Shown here piece after piece: positions 4,825 to 5,082 of a stretch of DNA of 5,082 nt. The stretch is from the NCBI GenBank assembly GCA_964522265.1, contig CAZFVS010000078.1, forward strand, positions 1-5,082. Reading direction: 5' to 3'. Within the stretch, counting starts at the first letter, position 1, and each line of letters starts with the position of its first letter. The position numbers and the translations under genes were made by a program. The notes beneath the pieces are model-generated. The model was not told where the DNA came from. It saw only the letters and a program-made list of their open reading frames with translations, and made no database searches. The DNA is from an uncultured Gammaproteobacteria bacterium (GTDB lineage: Bacteria; Patescibacteriota; Microgenomatia; Daviesbacterales; UBA10151).

Positions 4825-4833
4825 ATTATACCA
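4825..4833 (-). promoter_or_regulatory. Candidate extended -10 (TGG-TATAAT on minus strand) for the response regulator
   Basis: The minus strand reads TGGTATAAT-TTAAAGA-TTG. The start codon (4817) begins 8 nt after the hexamer, so the 5' UTR is at most about 1 nt. There is no SD motif. Confidence 0.4.
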
Positions 4834-4906
4834 TTTTGATGCAAAGAAGACAGGATTTTGGATTTTTGAAGAATAATCTGGTATATTTTGATAGTTTGTA
4901 GTAAAA

Positions 4907-5082
4907 ATGGAAAGCAGTTTATATAACCGTTCAAAAAAATACATTCCATATAAATGGCTGGATAAAGTTGGTATTAAAAACATAACTCCGCAAAAATTTT
5001 CTTGGTTTGTTCTCATAACTGGCTTCAATATATTTTCAGCCATTTTAATATTTGTATTAATATCTGCATTTAAAAACTACCC
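4907..5082 (+). CDS. Partial ORF (5' end only): putative membrane protein, runs off the window
   Basis: This ORF is absent from the supplied track. My own translation from ATG 4907 gives MESSLYNRSKKYIPYKWLDKVGIKNITPQKFSWFVLITGFNIFSAILIFVLISAFKNY, 58 codons with no stop up to the edge. A basic N-terminus is followed by a TM-like segment of about 23 residues. It is divergent from the response regulator across an 89-nt gap. Upstream -10 candidates are TGGTATATT (4879-4887) and TGATAGTTT (4889-4897). It competes with an antisense 85-aa ORF. Confidence 0.4.
   Translation, partial: MESSLYNRSKKYIPYKWLDKVGIKNITPQKFSWFVLITGFNIFSAILIFVLISAFKNY

Noticed and set aside
4786-5043. 85-aa minus-strand ORF upstream of the response regulator
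   Set aside because: It overlaps the regulator's -10 box and 5' coding region out of frame and lacks the promoter geometry seen at other genes. The opposite strand offers a more plausible membrane-protein start. It is kept as an open question in the findings rather than called.
1-5082. CRISPR arrays, IS elements, rRNA, toxin-antitoxin pairs
   Set aside because: By eye there are no spaced direct repeats, terminal inverted repeats, transposase-like ORFs or small two-gene cassettes. Nothing supports these calls.

Overview
AT-rich bacterial chromosomal window with compact spacing and no Shine-Dalgarno motifs. The style fits a small-genome, CPR/Patescibacteria-like organism, but that is inference only. 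Contents in order: a + strand tRNA-His (37-112); a minus-strand block of three genes, namely a 326-aa protein with a JAB/MPN-like N-terminal half and a repeat-containing helical C-terminal half (134-1114), a Nudix hydrolase (1124-1624) and a second Nudix-fold protein with a degenerate Nudix box (1713-2099, frame open to 2162); a divergent short Obg GTPase (2203-3147); a family-less 225-aa protein behind a near-consensus promoter (3240-3917); a convergent response regulator whose receiver domain is fused to two transmembrane helices and a bacterial-PH-like domain (3912-4817); and a partial membrane-protein ORF running off the right edge (4907-5082). There is no CRISPR array, integrase, transposase or rRNA. 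Points for follow-up: -10 boxes sit 5-8 nt upstream of almost every start codon, suggesting leaderless mRNAs. The Nudix/Nudix/JAB-like block next to the tRNA could be a functional module. An in-frame TAG separates the degenerate Nudix gene from its promoter-proximal ATG. The response regulator architecture (REC-2TM-bPH) is unusual. The tRNA-His has non-canonical D and T loops. All functional calls rest on motif reading by eye; no searches were run.
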